This document shows positions 52,731 through 62,372 of a stretch of DNA of 64,000 nucleotides, in pieces. The translations under genes and the position numbers were made by a program. Within the stretch, counting starts at the first letter, position 1; the number at the start of each line of letters is the position of its first letter. The notes beneath the pieces are model-generated. The model was not told where the DNA came from. It saw only the letters and a program-made list of their open reading frames with translations, and made no database searches. Source of the stretch: Acidobacteriota bacterium (GTDB lineage: Bacteria > Acidobacteriota > Vicinamibacteria > Vicinamibacterales > UBA2999); contig JAUYQQ010000023.1 in assembly GCA_030697165.1 (NCBI GenBank), positions 286,681 through 350,680 on the forward strand, written 5' to 3'.

Positions 52731-53207
52731 TTACAACTCCGGTTGTCCCCAGCGCTCCGAGTAACGGAGCGAGTAAGTAATCGCGAGGCCGACGGTCGTG
52801 CTACCGGCTTCGCGCTCGGCCGTCCGCGTGACGCCGCGTTCCATCTCACAACTGAGCAACCCGCCCAAAGACCGGTCATCCAGTTCCCATGCGCGCTTGA
52901 TGTCCTCGAGGAGGTCCTCGACGGCAATCCACGGGTGCCAGTCATCGGCTGGCACGTCGGGCTTGGCCACCTTCGCAATCGCCTGCAGCTCGATCGGCAG
53001 TTCCAGGAACACCTTGTTGCCCTGCTGCTTCGGTTCGTCGTCGCCAATCAACATGGCGATCACGACGTCCGGATCGTCCTGGCCGAGTTCCGGCGTCTCG
53101 TTCAACAGCACGCTTTGGCCGGCGTTCGTGTTGAAGCCGGACGCGATGAGGATGGCCTCGAGTCGCGCGAACCCCGCTTCAAGAATCTGCCGCCGCCGAG
53201 ATGCCAC
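52731..53207 (-). CDS. Head-tail connector / tail completion protein (positional)
   Basis: 158 aa, tightly packed. Confidence 0.55.
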   Translation of the reverse strand: MASRRRQILEAGFARLEAILIASGFNTNAGQSVLLNETPELGQDDPDVVIAMLIGDDEPKQQGNKVFLELPIELQAIAKVAKPDVPADDWHPWIAVEDLLEDIKRAWELDDRSLGGLLSCEMERGVTRTAEREAGSTTVGLAITYSLRYSERWGQPEL

Positions 53208-53540
53208 TTACGCCTCCACCACCAACACGCGCGTTTGGTCGAACTCGATGCCGATCGTGCTGTCTACCTTCCACAGCTTCGCGGCTTCCCCGGCCTGCTC
53301 GGGCGCGCTGACCAGCGTGCCTTTCGGCACCGTCGGCACCTTGTCCCGTCGCAGGACCATCAGCTTCATGTGCTCGCTGCGGCTCAGGTCGAACCCGACA
53401 GGGTTCCCGTCGGTCGAGGCGTTCACCCAGGTCACCGTGGTCTCAATCGGCGTGGTGTCCGCGGGTGTCGGCCGTGTCACCACAGCCGGCACCCCGAACG
53501 CCCGCATGATTGCCGCCATAGAGACCCGGGCATCCGCCAT
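53208..53540 (-). CDS. Head-tail joining protein (positional, FI/FII slot)
   Basis: 110 aa, directly after the major capsid gene. Confidence 0.55.
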   Translation of the reverse strand: MADARVSMAAIMRAFGVPAVVTRPTPADTTPIETTVTWVNASTDGNPVGFDLSRSEHMKLMVLRRDKVPTVPKGTLVSAPEQAGEAAKLWKVDSTIGIEFDQTRVLVVEA

Positions 53541-53549
53541 CAGCGTCGA

Positions 53550-54548
53550 CTAGCTGCCCTGAACGACCTTGATGACCGCGCGCGGGCGCGTGCACAGGTT
53601 GAGCGGGTTCGACTGCGCGTGGACCTTGGCCCATTCCTGCATCTGCGGGTCGATGGCGACGCGCGAGTAGTAGGGCAGGCCGACGGTGTTGACGGTGTCG
53701 AGGAACTTCGCCGGCGCGTAGCGCGTGATGAAGATCCCCGTGCCTTCGGGCACCACGAAGCACTCGGCGTCGGCGAAGAACTTCGTGCCGTTGACGCTGC
53801 CGCGGTAGTTCTCGAAGGTGATGCCGCCGTATTCGAACCCCTTGCGGAGGTCCTTGCGGAGCGTCTGGCTCTCCTGATACTTCAGGCTTTCCTTGACGTC
53901 CGGGTGCTCGACGAGCTGGTCGAAGAACGTGTCACCGCAGAACGCGCGGTAGCCGGTGACCGCCTCGGCGCCGAGCTCGTTCTCGCTCAGGCGCTGGATC
54001 TCGACGCAGCGGCGCCGGATCTCTTCGCCGTCCGAGTTCAGGTCGATCTCGGCCGTCTGCTGCGAAACGCCGAACTCGGTGAACAGGTTGAACAGCGTCG
54101 AGTCGTCGGCGTCGAGCACCAGGCCCTTGATGGCGCCCACGCGGTGCCGCTCGAGCGTCACGTCGAGGTCGCCCTTGAGCTTCGCCTGGCGCTGGGCCAC
54201 GACGGCCTGCACGCCTTCCGTGGCGTTCTCGCTGCCGAAGGCCCGCACACCCTGCACGTGCTGCGGCAGGATGGTCGATTCTTTCTTCAGGTGCGGCACG
54301 ACGAAGCTCCGCACCTTGCGCTTGTCGCCGCCAACCGTCGCCGCCGGGGCTCCGGGCTGGCTGGTCTGCACCAGGGCGATCGAGCCGTCGAGCTCCTCGA
54401 TGACGGCCACATCGGTGGTAATGCCCTCCGACTGGAACAGGCCGAGGCTGCCGATGCGACCGGGCTTGTGCGGCATCTTGTTGATAGCCGCGGTCAGCGA
54501 CATCAGCGTGAACGCGTCGTTGTTGAAGATGTTGATCAGGCTGCTCAT
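53550..54548 (-). CDS. Major capsid protein, lambda gpE family
   Basis: 332 aa. MSSLINIFNNDAFTLMSLTAAINKMPHKPGRIGSLGLFQSEGITTDVAVIEE is the characteristic gpE-family N-terminus. Confidence 0.9.
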   Translation of the reverse strand: MSSLINIFNNDAFTLMSLTAAINKMPHKPGRIGSLGLFQSEGITTDVAVIEELDGSIALVQTSQPGAPAATVGGDKRKVRSFVVPHLKKESTILPQHVQGVRAFGSENATEGVQAVVAQRQAKLKGDLDVTLERHRVGAIKGLVLDADDSTLFNLFTEFGVSQQTAEIDLNSDGEEIRRRCVEIQRLSENELGAEAVTGYRAFCGDTFFDQLVEHPDVKESLKYQESQTLRKDLRKGFEYGGITFENYRGSVNGTKFFADAECFVVPEGTGIFITRYAPAKFLDTVNTVGLPYYSRVAIDPQMQEWAKVHAQSNPLNLCTRPRAVIKVVQGS

Positions 54549-54593
54549 GGTGTCCTCGTTGTCCTCCTGCCGGTTGGGTTTCGCGCGCCCCGA

Positions 54594-54968
54594 CTAGGAG
54601 CGTGCCTTCACGCCCAGCGCGGCCAGATCGGCCAGGCCTGCAGCGTCATCCACGCCCTCGTCCCACGAGAGCTCGGAGGTGCGCACTTCAGCGCCCCAGT
54701 TGATGATCACGCCGTCGTAGTCGACGGCCGCATCGGTGTCGTTCACGATCTTGTCGAACAGCACGCCGGCGGCCGTTTCACGGCCATCGGACGAAGCATC
54801 GTCGAACGCCACGTACTTGCCGGTGGCGCTGACCTGGCCGAGCACCTTGCCCGGGTTGAAGGTCGTGTTGGCGGGCACCGTGACGGTCACCGCGTCGCGG
54901 CTGATCCGACCCGGTGACTCGGTGTGGAGGAATTCCCCTGAATACTTGCCTTCGGTCAGAACAGACAT
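54594..54968 (-). CDS. Head decoration protein (gpD-like)
   Basis: 124 aa, between the protease and the capsid gene. GKVLGQVSATGKYVAFD...AAGVLFDKIV is typical of head decoration proteins. Confidence 0.8.
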   Translation of the reverse strand: MSVLTEGKYSGEFLHTESPGRISRDAVTVTVPANTTFNPGKVLGQVSATGKYVAFDDASSDGRETAAGVLFDKIVNDTDAAVDYDGVIINWGAEVRTSELSWDEGVDDAAGLADLAALGVKARS

Positions 54969-54977
54969 TGCGAACTC

Positions 54978-56063
54978 CTATTGAGAAACGGTGGCCTTGT
55001 TGTGCTGCGCGTAAATGGCGGCCGCGTCAATACGGGCCGTCGCCTTCGTGCCGGTGTCCGGGTCGAGCGTGGGGTCGATGTTGGCTTCCGCCTTCATTGC
55101 GACGAGCGTGGTCAGGTGCGCCTTGACCTCGTCGATGGTCATGTTGGTCTTGACCAACTGGTCGGCCACCCGCTCGCACTTCGCATTCGCGCAGAGGGCC
55201 CGCACCGACGTTTCGCGCGCCGCCGCGGCCGCCCGCACGGCTTTCGCCTCGTTGACACGCGTGGTGACCTGTGCGAGTGGCGCCTTCTCGGTGATCAGCG
55301 CCTGCGCCACGTCGATGCCGAGACCGGCGTCGGCGCACAGCTGCAGCACGTCGGAAGCCGCGGCGGCCTGAGGCGGTTCAGCCGCCTTTGGCTGTTCCGG
55401 TGCGAGGAACGCCTTCACCTGATCCCGGTATTGATCCGGAACGGTGAGCGTGGCCATCACCCGGCTATCGAGGCACGCCGCGGCTTTCAATCCCTCGATC
55501 TTCTCGGTGGCGAAGCCCTTGGCGATCGCTTCATCAGCGTTCAGCCAGGTTTCGGCCGCCATGAGGGCCTGGATGTCTTCCGTCGACAGCGTCGAATGCC
55601 ACTGGTAGGTGGTCACGATCTGGTCGCGGAACTTGTCGAAGTCGTCTGCGGACTGGCGCAAGGCCTTCGCGTTGCCGCAGACGCAACCCCACGGGTCATG
55701 CACGAACATCAGGGCGTTGTCGCCCATGCGAATGGTGTTGCCGGCCATCGCAATAACGGACGCGATGCTGGCCGCCAACCCCTCGACGATCACGTTCACG
55801 GTGCGGCCCTTGGTCATGCGCTGGTCGCGCAGACCGTTGGCAATCGCGATGCCCTCGAAGACGCTCCCGCCCTCGGAGTGCAACTTGACGTTGAGCGACT
55901 TCACCGTCGCCGGCAGGGCACTCAGGATGTCGAGGAGCTTCTTCGCCGAGACGGCGTCGTCGTCCCACCAGGACTTGCCGATGTAGCCGTAAATCAGCAC
56001 GTCGGCCTCTTCGGGCTTTTCCGCCTGATTGACGACGTTGAACCATTTGCGCGGCTCGCTCAT
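54978..56063 (-). CDS. ClpP-type (S14) head maturation protease fused to a scaffold-like C-terminal region
   Basis: ADVLIYGYIG...HSEGGSVFEGIAIANGL...VEGLAASIASVIAMAGN...MFVHDPW (Ser and His contexts of the ClpP family). The C-terminal roughly 150 aa are Ala-rich and helical. Confidence 0.85.
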   Translation of the reverse strand: MSEPRKWFNVVNQAEKPEEADVLIYGYIGKSWWDDDAVSAKKLLDILSALPATVKSLNVKLHSEGGSVFEGIAIANGLRDQRMTKGRTVNVIVEGLAASIASVIAMAGNTIRMGDNALMFVHDPWGCVCGNAKALRQSADDFDKFRDQIVTTYQWHSTLSTEDIQALMAAETWLNADEAIAKGFATEKIEGLKAAACLDSRVMATLTVPDQYRDQVKAFLAPEQPKAAEPPQAAAASDVLQLCADAGLGIDVAQALITEKAPLAQVTTRVNEAKAVRAAAAARETSVRALCANAKCERVADQLVKTNMTIDEVKAHLTTLVAMKAEANIDPTLDPDTGTKATARIDAAAIYAQHNKATVSQ

Positions 56064-57613
56064 TGCTGTGCTCCCTGTGGCTGGGTGTTCGTGTCTTCGA
56101 CGTCCTTGGCTTCAGGCGTGCTGCCCTTGAGCGACACGCGGCCATCAGAGTCGTGCTTCAGGCCCATCTGGTCGGCCCGCGCGTTGTCGTCTTTCTGCTG
56201 CTGGTCGATCTGCTCGACGTCCTCACCGTGCTCACTGACGACGGACGCGCGCGAGGTGAAGCCGTTGCGAATAGCTTTTTGATCGGCTTCGACGTCCTGC
56301 ACGGGATGCAGGTAGGCCCAGCCCTGCGGCATCCACTTGACCTTCGTGAACGGCGTCGGGTCAGCGAGATACGAATTCGGGAACGGCAGCTTGCCGGCCA
56401 GGAACGCTGCGTTCAGCCACGCCAGCCACACGCGACGGCACAACTGAAAGCCAATGATCTGGTGCTGCCAGGCCTGAATGCGGCGCCGGAACTCGGCCAG
56501 CAGCACGCGCATGATGCGGTCGTTTAGGTTGCGCAGGTCGCCGGTCACCACTTCGTATGGCACGCCGACCGCCACGCACGCCGCCATCAGCTGCTGGCGC
56601 ATGAACTCGGGATACATCTCGCCGACGGCGGGAGGCTCGGAGAACTTCACATCCTGCCCGGGGTCGAGTTCCTGGAACAACCCGGGCTCCAGCGGCACCA
56701 GCGGGCGCTTTGCGGTGTTCTGCGAGGCGCTGAGGCCAGTCAGCGGGTGCGGCGAGTCCGCGCCGTCCGTGGCGTCCTTGTTCGTCACAAACGCCACGAA
56801 CATGTTGGCCAGTTGTTGGCGCAGCAGCGTGGCGTCGTCGAACTTGTTGGCGTCGAACAGACGCGTCAGCGCCGGCGTGAGGACCGGCAGCCCGCGCAAC
56901 TGCCCAGGACGTAGCGGGTCGAACAGGTGAATGACCTCATGCTCCGGGACCCGACGTAGCGAGCCGCGATCGAAGTCGTCCAGGTCACCGGGCCGCGACG
57001 GGTGGAACCAGTAGGCGACGCGCCGACCAATGCGATCGAACTCGATGCCGGCCTTGATGCGATTGCCATTCGCCGTATAGGTGGTGTGCTGGTGCGGGCA
57101 CATCTCCGGCTCGAGGATCTGCAGCTGCAGCGGCACCGTCAGGCCGTCCTCGAGGAACCGCGGGCGCAGGCGCACGAAAGCCTCACCGCCCTCAAACCAC
57201 CCGCGCGTGGCCTGGGTCTGCTGGCCGTAGTAGTCGAGCACGCCATCGGCGTCGCTCTCGTCAGTCCACTGCTCGAACAGCTCCTGAATCTGGGCCCGCA
57301 GGCTGGTATCCGCCGCGCGCGACAGCGGCTTGATCCCGGTGCCGACGACGTTCGACACCAACTTGTCGATGGGGCTCTTGGCGAAGCCGTCGTTGCGGGT
57401 CGCCTGGCGCGAGCGGTTGCGCAGCGTCGAGAGGTTCCACAAGACCGAGGCGTTCGGACTGACGTCAGGCGCGACCCAGCCCAGCGCCCGGCGGCCCGTG
57501 CCGGCGGCCTCGAACGCCGTGTTCTTGACGTTGGGGACTGACGACATACGCGTCATGGCCCCAACGCGCACCGGCGCATCCAGTTCGGGCGAGGCACTGA
57601 AGGAGGTGGCCAT
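56060..57613 (-). CDS. Portal protein, lambda family
   Basis: 517 aa. ATGA overlaps on both sides. LRNRSRQATRNDGFAKSPIDKLVSNVVGTGIKP and the later GxxRxxP.. blocks resemble lambda gpB-family portals. Confidence 0.85.
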   Translation of the reverse strand: MATSFSASPELDAPVRVGAMTRMSSVPNVKNTAFEAAGTGRRALGWVAPDVSPNASVLWNLSTLRNRSRQATRNDGFAKSPIDKLVSNVVGTGIKPLSRAADTSLRAQIQELFEQWTDESDADGVLDYYGQQTQATRGWFEGGEAFVRLRPRFLEDGLTVPLQLQILEPEMCPHQHTTYTANGNRIKAGIEFDRIGRRVAYWFHPSRPGDLDDFDRGSLRRVPEHEVIHLFDPLRPGQLRGLPVLTPALTRLFDANKFDDATLLRQQLANMFVAFVTNKDATDGADSPHPLTGLSASQNTAKRPLVPLEPGLFQELDPGQDVKFSEPPAVGEMYPEFMRQQLMAACVAVGVPYEVVTGDLRNLNDRIMRVLLAEFRRRIQAWQHQIIGFQLCRRVWLAWLNAAFLAGKLPFPNSYLADPTPFTKVKWMPQGWAYLHPVQDVEADQKAIRNGFTSRASVVSEHGEDVEQIDQQQKDDNARADQMGLKHDSDGRVSLKGSTPEAKDVEDTNTQPQGAQQ

Positions 57614-57834
57614 CAGTGGAACCCACTCCCGGAGGCGTAGCCGACGGACTGCTTCGAACGACCACCGAGCAGCTCGCGCAGCAGGCTCTTGAAGTAGCCG
57701 ATGCGCGACTGCAGCTCGTTCGAAGAGTTGTAGGTGATGCCACGATCAGCAAACTGCACGCCCTTCTCGACGAGCAGAAGCCCGTCCTCAAGGGTCTGAA
57801 TGCGTTCGCGGAGCTGCGCCTCGGTGTAGGCCAT
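57613..57834 (-). CDS. gpW-like head-tail joining protein
   Basis: ATG 57834 inside ORF 57613..58164. 73 aa: MAYTEAQLRERIQTLEDGLLLVEKGVQFADRGITYNSSNELQSRIGYFKSLLRELLGG. Size, position before the portal and the pattern all match lambda gpW. Confidence 0.75.
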   Translation of the reverse strand: MAYTEAQLRERIQTLEDGLLLVEKGVQFADRGITYNSSNELQSRIGYFKSLLRELLGGRSKQSVGYASGSGFH

Positions 57835-57893
57835 TCGGGTGTTCGCTACCGAGGATCGGGCCGTTCCGAGGAATCTGTATTTCTTATGTACTT

Positions 57894-58136
57894 TTATTCG
57901 GTCCGGTGAGGGACCGTCTTCGGGCGGGCACCCGCGATCAACACGCCGCGCAGCACCCGCTGGAGAGGCACGCGCAACCGGTGGCCGCGGTGGCAGTAGG
58001 TATCGAAGACGTCCTGCGGCAGGCGCAGTGTCACGAGCACCATTGGGTTTGCAGCCTTCGGGCGGCCGCGCTTTCCCCGGGTCAGCGGATGCGGCTGCTG
58101 GTGCGCGCCGGGATCCTCGCGCCGGCGGGCCATCAC
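57894..58136 (-). CDS. Small basic protein (possible DNA-binding protein)
   Basis: 80 aa. RGKRGRPKAANPMVLVTLRLPQDVFDTY. ATGA overlap with the upstream glycosyltransferase gene. It is the last gene of the GT/MT operon. Confidence 0.5.
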   Translation of the reverse strand: MMARRREDPGAHQQPHPLTRGKRGRPKAANPMVLVTLRLPQDVFDTYCHRGHRLRVPLQRVLRGVLIAGARPKTVPHRTE

Positions 58137-58858
58137 AGCGACACCGCCAACGCTTGCCGCTCAAGCGAACGCCAGAGGGTCACCAGCGGCCGCACGCCAG
58201 GCTTGGTGGCCGGCTGCAGGTTGAATACGGCCAGCCGCAGCGCGCTCTTCACGTGCACGATCCGTGTGCGCGCCGGCGCGAAGTCGCTCCAGGCGCTGTC
58301 TTCGCAGTTCCACTCAAGGCACGGCAGCGTGGCTAGCCGCAGGTCGGCCGGCGGCGACGCCAGGACGCAGCCGAGGGCCGCCTGGTTGAGCCCACCGAAC
58401 CGGGCGCGCCACTTCTGATGCAAGGGCCGGTCGGTCAGCATCCGCCGGTTGACATCCGCCCACTGACGCAGGAATGCCTTCGAGCGGTCGTTCACGCGCA
58501 GGAACACCACGCCGGCATTCAACGGCAGCTTGTAGGGCTTCGGGCGCACCGTGTAGGCCACGTCGAACGCCTCCTGCCACACGTCGTCCAGCGGCCGCAG
58601 GATGACGGTGTCGGCGTCGATCAGCAGCACCTCGGCGCCGTCGGGGAGTTGCTGCACCGACTCACTCCAGAAGTCCAGCTTGTGGGTGTTCGCGCGATAC
58701 GATTCCTCGACCGCGCCCGACCGCTTCGGCCGATCGAGGCGGATGATCCGCCGTTCCCAGTCGGGACACTGCCGAGCGGCGGTGGCGGCCAGAACCGGCG
58801 CGAGCCGATCGAACTGGCCGCCCGCGTCGCCGAAGTAGCACGACACCAGCAGCCTCAC
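58133..58858 (-). CDS. Nucleotide-diphospho-sugar transferase (GT-A fold, DxD)
   Basis: ORF 58133..58909. GTG 58858 gives a GTGA overlap. AEVLLIDADTVILRPLDDVW and LNAGVVFLRVNDRSKAFLRQW. Confidence 0.7.
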   Translation of the reverse strand: MRLLVSCYFGDAGGQFDRLAPVLAATAARQCPDWERRIIRLDRPKRSGAVEESYRANTHKLDFWSESVQQLPDGAEVLLIDADTVILRPLDDVWQEAFDVAYTVRPKPYKLPLNAGVVFLRVNDRSKAFLRQWADVNRRMLTDRPLHQKWRARFGGLNQAALGCVLASPPADLRLATLPCLEWNCEDSAWSDFAPARTRIVHVKSALRLAVFNLQPATKPGVRPLVTLWRSLERQALAVSL

Positions 58859-59568
58859 CGGTAGAACCTGCCAATCCACGGGAACTCGCGTTGCACGTCT
58901 CGCTGCCACGGGTCGCGGCGACCGTGGAACATCACGATTCGCGCATCAACCGGCAGGTGTTGCGATCGGCGCAGGTCGTTCCTCAGGCTGTAGATGCCAT
59001 CCGCTCGCGTCCACTTGGCCTCGGCCGGGCCAAGGCAATGCGAGATCCATCCCTGATCGGAGCCGTAGCACCCAGCCAGCCGCGCCGCGGCGGGCGAGGT
59101 CGCCGGATCGAACCGCTCCCACACCTGCGGCCTGGCGCCAGCCGTGAGCAGCACCATCGAGCCGTTGTAGGCCGTGGTCGGGTGCGTGCCGCCCCAGAAC
59201 ACCGCGTCTTCCGGCCGGTCCCAGACTGGCGTCACGTCGCCCGTGATCACGCAGTCCAGGTCGATCGACACAAACCGTGGGCCAAAGAACTGCCCGGCGT
59301 CAGGCGCGAAGGCACGCAGGCGCCGGTAGCAGCTCGGGCTGCGGGCCCCATGCGGGCTGGCCAGGTCGGCGTGGTCGGGCCACAGCGGCACCACCTCGAC
59401 ATCCGCATCAAGGCCGGTCGCATCGTCCGTAACGCAGATGAAGCGGTGCGGCCGCTGGTAGTTTCTCGCGACCATCCGCTTGAGCGTGTTGACGGTCGAG
59501 GGCGGATAGACAGACCGGTAGCCAGGCGCGGGTTTCCAGCGCCAGCACACGACTGACAGGTCAGTCAC
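58855..59568 (-). CDS. GT-A-like glycosyltransferase (paralogue of 60899..61588)
   Basis: 237 aa. VVCWRWKP..GYRSVY....VNTLKRMVARN...PHRFICVTDD and RFVSIDLDCVITGDVTPVWD (DxD). Confidence 0.65.
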   Translation of the reverse strand: MTDLSVVCWRWKPAPGYRSVYPPSTVNTLKRMVARNYQRPHRFICVTDDATGLDADVEVVPLWPDHADLASPHGARSPSCYRRLRAFAPDAGQFFGPRFVSIDLDCVITGDVTPVWDRPEDAVFWGGTHPTTAYNGSMVLLTAGARPQVWERFDPATSPAAARLAGCYGSDQGWISHCLGPAEAKWTRADGIYSLRNDLRRSQHLPVDARIVMFHGRRDPWQRDVQREFPWIGRFYR

Positions 59569-60284
59569 AGCAACCGCTCATAGGGGAACGTGACGCGCAG
59601 CGGCCGCCACTTTGGATCCTTGTTCCGCTGCTCGCGGATCCTCGGAACGTTGGTCTTGTCCTGCTCTTCCTTCCGGCCATACGTTGTCGTCGACGCGTCG
59701 GCGAGCACCTCTCGGGGATAGCGGACCAGCACGTCCTCCCGCATCACGACGACGCGGGCCGTGGCATGAACCCTGTCGCGGAACTCCGCATCGGTGCCGT
59801 AGAAGCCGGAGAACCGTTCGTCGTAGCCGCCGATGTCGTCAAACATCGACCGCGTGAGGAACCAGCTATTCGGGTGCGGCTTGTAGGGCGTCATCGCTGG
59901 CGCATCGACGCGCGCGAACCGGTGCACGCTGCGCGGGTCCAGCCGCTCGGTCATCAGCGCGCACAGCGTGGCCGCCGGAACGACGTGATCGATGTCGGTC
60001 AGCAGCACCCACTGCGTGTCGGCCACGGCGACGCCGAGGTTTCGACAGAACAGCCAATTCCATCGGACGTCCACTTTGGTCCGGTAGAGTCGGAACGACG
60101 CCACGCCGGTCTCTTCAACGGCCGGCAGCGCGGGCGCCGTGGGCGAGCAGTCATCGACCACCACCACGTGGAGGCGCCGCTTGATGTCGTCTGGATACTC
60201 GCGCCACACGCGCTGTTGCTCGCGCAGCATTCCGGGGTTCTCGTAGAAGGGCAGCACCAACGTGATCGCGCGCATCGATCCCAC
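59565..60284 (-). CDS. Family 2 glycosyltransferase
   Basis: 239 aa. ITLVLPFYENPGMLREQ...LHVVVVDDCSP...WVLLTDIDHVV. Confidence 0.8.
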   Translation of the reverse strand: MGSMRAITLVLPFYENPGMLREQQRVWREYPDDIKRRLHVVVVDDCSPTAPALPAVEETGVASFRLYRTKVDVRWNWLFCRNLGVAVADTQWVLLTDIDHVVPAATLCALMTERLDPRSVHRFARVDAPAMTPYKPHPNSWFLTRSMFDDIGGYDERFSGFYGTDAEFRDRVHATARVVVMREDVLVRYPREVLADASTTTYGRKEEQDKTNVPRIREQRNKDPKWRPLRVTFPYERLL

Positions 60285-60902
60285 CTACACCGCCCCTTTG
60301 TGAACAAACACGTAGTCGCTGCCAGGCGCGGACCGCACCTGCCGATAGCCCAGGTCCTGCAGCAGCCGGCGCACGTCGTCATCGGTCTTGCCGAAATGCT
60401 TGGTGAACTCGCGGAGTTCGACTTGGATCACCGGGTGCGAGCGGCGAATCGTCTCCACTGCGCCCTGCAGAGCGTGGCACTCGTATCCCTCGATGTCGAG
60501 CTGCAGGAAGTCGACGTCGAAGAGATCCATGTTGTCGACGGTGGTCATGTAGGCCGACTGGCCTTCGTCGGTCGTGCTGATGCGATGGGACCCGAGACTC
60601 TTGTGCTTCACGCGACAGGGGCCATGCGCAGCCCCAAGGGCCGCGGGGCTCACCACCACCGACGCGGGGACGTTCCGTTGTAGGCATTCCCGCGAGATGG
60701 CATCCGGCTCGAACGTGTAGACACGGGCGAACGTCTCAGCCAGGCGCCGCGGCCAGAGGCCGATGTTGCCGCCGGCTTGGACCGCCGTCCGGCGCGTCGT
60801 GCAGAACTTCAAGCCGACGTCGAGCGAACCGAGGTGATCGAGCGAGTGCCGCCACTTCTCGGCCACGTCATCCGGCCACCACACGCCTTGAATCTGGATC
60901 AC
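60285..60902 (-). CDS. FkbM-family methyltransferase
   Basis: ORF 60285..60938. GTG 60902 gives a GTGA overlap. AVQAGGNIGLWPRRLAE.FARVYTFEPD and FLQLDIEGYECHALQGA. Confidence 0.8.
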   Translation of the reverse strand: MIQIQGVWWPDDVAEKWRHSLDHLGSLDVGLKFCTTRRTAVQAGGNIGLWPRRLAETFARVYTFEPDAISRECLQRNVPASVVVSPAALGAAHGPCRVKHKSLGSHRISTTDEGQSAYMTTVDNMDLFDVDFLQLDIEGYECHALQGAVETIRRSHPVIQVELREFTKHFGKTDDDVRRLLQDLGYRQVRSAPGSDYVFVHKGAV

Positions 60903-61588
60903 GGCTGCGCCTGCCCGCCCCACGCGGCGTCGAACCACGGCCAGCGCAGCACCGCTTCATGGTTCTTTGGTTTCTTGACCAGCACCACCTTCGCCTCCGC
61001 CGGCCATGGCGGCTGCACCCGCGAGATCCGTGGGAACCACTCGACCGGCAGGCCTGCGGCATCGTGGGCCTGTTCGCCGATCCAGTCCTGATCGGTGCTG
61101 AGACTGGCCGCGCTGGCCGGCGTCCAAGTGTCGAAGAGGCGTCCCTGCGTCCCGGCGTCCCACACCATCACCGAGCCGTTGAACCGACGCACGAGACGGC
61201 GCCCATACCGGTCGGTATCGATGCGAGGGCGCTCGGCCGCGAGTTCGTCAGCGGCCAGCGCGAAGGGCGCCGGGTAGTCGACGATGGGGTCGAGCGGCGC
61301 CACGATGAGCGTATCCAGGTCGAGATACAAGACCCTGCCGCCCCAGGCGCGGTCGTGCTCAAACAGCCTGAGCTTGGTCCAGAGCGCGAAGCATTCCGGC
61401 AGCCGAGCGACCTCCACCGCTTCGACACCGGCCGGCATGGCGTGCGGCTGGTCGGTCAGACAGACGAACCGAAATGGCCGGGCGAGGTGTCGGCGCACCA
61501 TCGCCAGCAGCCGGCGGACATACTCCGGCGTGTAGGGATACTCGCCCTTCACCAACACGCAGGCGACGGTCAGAGGAATGTCGATCAT
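60899..61588 (-). CDS. GT-A-like glycosyltransferase (paralogue of 58855..59568)
   Basis: ATG 61588 inside ORF 60899..61852. VACVLVKGEYPYTPEYVRRLLAMVRRHLARPFRFVCLTDQ and RVLYLDLDTLIVAPLDPIVD. Confidence 0.65.
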   Translation of the reverse strand: MIDIPLTVACVLVKGEYPYTPEYVRRLLAMVRRHLARPFRFVCLTDQPHAMPAGVEAVEVARLPECFALWTKLRLFEHDRAWGGRVLYLDLDTLIVAPLDPIVDYPAPFALAADELAAERPRIDTDRYGRRLVRRFNGSVMVWDAGTQGRLFDTWTPASAASLSTDQDWIGEQAHDAAGLPVEWFPRISRVQPPWPAEAKVVLVKKPKNHEAVLRWPWFDAAWGGQAQP

Positions 61589-61827
61589 CGCCGCTTCGCC
61601 TTTCGGCTGCGATTGATCAGCACGTAGCGAGCGAATCGGGTGTTGCCGCAGCGCCGAACGCGTCCCTTTGTCCTCAGGCGGTTCAACGCCTCGCGCGCCG
61701 CAGGCGGCTCCATGCGGGCATAGGCCGCAATCGCAGGCACCTGCCGATGGCCGGCAGCGATGGCCTCGACGACTAGAAAGTCCGCTCCACCAACGGGGGC
61801 GCGACCCGATCGTCGCACCGGCGTCAT
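61585..61827 (-). CDS. Small winged-helix-like protein
   Basis: ATG 61827 (ATGA overlap). 80 aa: FLVVEAIAAGHRQVPAIAAYARMEPPAAREALNRLRTKGRVRR, with a basic tail. Confidence 0.5.
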   Translation of the reverse strand: MTPVRRSGRAPVGGADFLVVEAIAAGHRQVPAIAAYARMEPPAAREALNRLRTKGRVRRCGNTRFARYVLINRSRKAKRR

Positions 61828-62372
61828 GGCAGCAGCACCGCAACCCATTCACGCGCCGGCTTCCCTGGCCGAATGGCGACGTCAGGGATCACCGTGAACC
61901 CGCGCGCCTGAGTTCGCGCGTGCCACCAGCCGCCGGGCTCGACGATCAGGTGCGCGTTGCGACCGTCGGCGAGGGTCTTACTGGCCAGTCTCGTCGCGAC
62001 CACCACGAAGACGGCCTTGCGCGCCAGTGACCGCATATGGTCCAGGACGGTATCCAGTCGATCCGGTTCGATGTGCTCGAGGACGTCCGTCGAGACCACC
62101 AGGTCAGCGAACGACGGCAGCGCATTCTTTCCAGGGATCGCCGGGTCATATTCGCGGCAGACCAGCGCCGGATGCTTCGCGCGGATCGCGGTCGCCAGCG
62201 TCCCTTGGCCGCAACCGTAGTCCAGGACGGACATCGCGTCGTATTGCGCGGCCAGCGCTGCGACGACATCGACCCACTTCGAACCCTTGCCGCCATAACC
62301 CCGCGGCGTGGCGTGGAGCGCGCGCTGTGTCTCGAGGTAGGCCGGTGAGATCAGGTCTTGGGCGCGCGTCAT
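61824..62372 (-). CDS. Class I SAM-dependent methyltransferase
   Basis: ATG 62372 inside ORF 61824..62531. VLDYGCGQGTLA (motif I) and LVVSTDVLEHIEPDRL. Confidence 0.8.
   Translation of the reverse strand: MTRAQDLISPAYLETQRALHATPRGYGGKGSKWVDVVAALAAQYDAMSVLDYGCGQGTLATAIRAKHPALVCREYDPAIPGKNALPSFADLVVSTDVLEHIEPDRLDTVLDHMRSLARKAVFVVVATRLASKTLADGRNAHLIVEPGGWWHARTQARGFTVIPDVAIRPGKPAREWVAVLLP

Noticed and set aside
57835-57893. AT-rich gap before gpW as an intrinsic terminator separating the GT operon from the head genes
   Set aside because: The only clean hairpin (CGGTCC-ctcacc-GGACCG) lies inside the preceding coding sequence and is followed by A-rich, not U-rich, sequence on the transcribed strand. 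The gap may hold a promoter, but I cannot support a terminator call.
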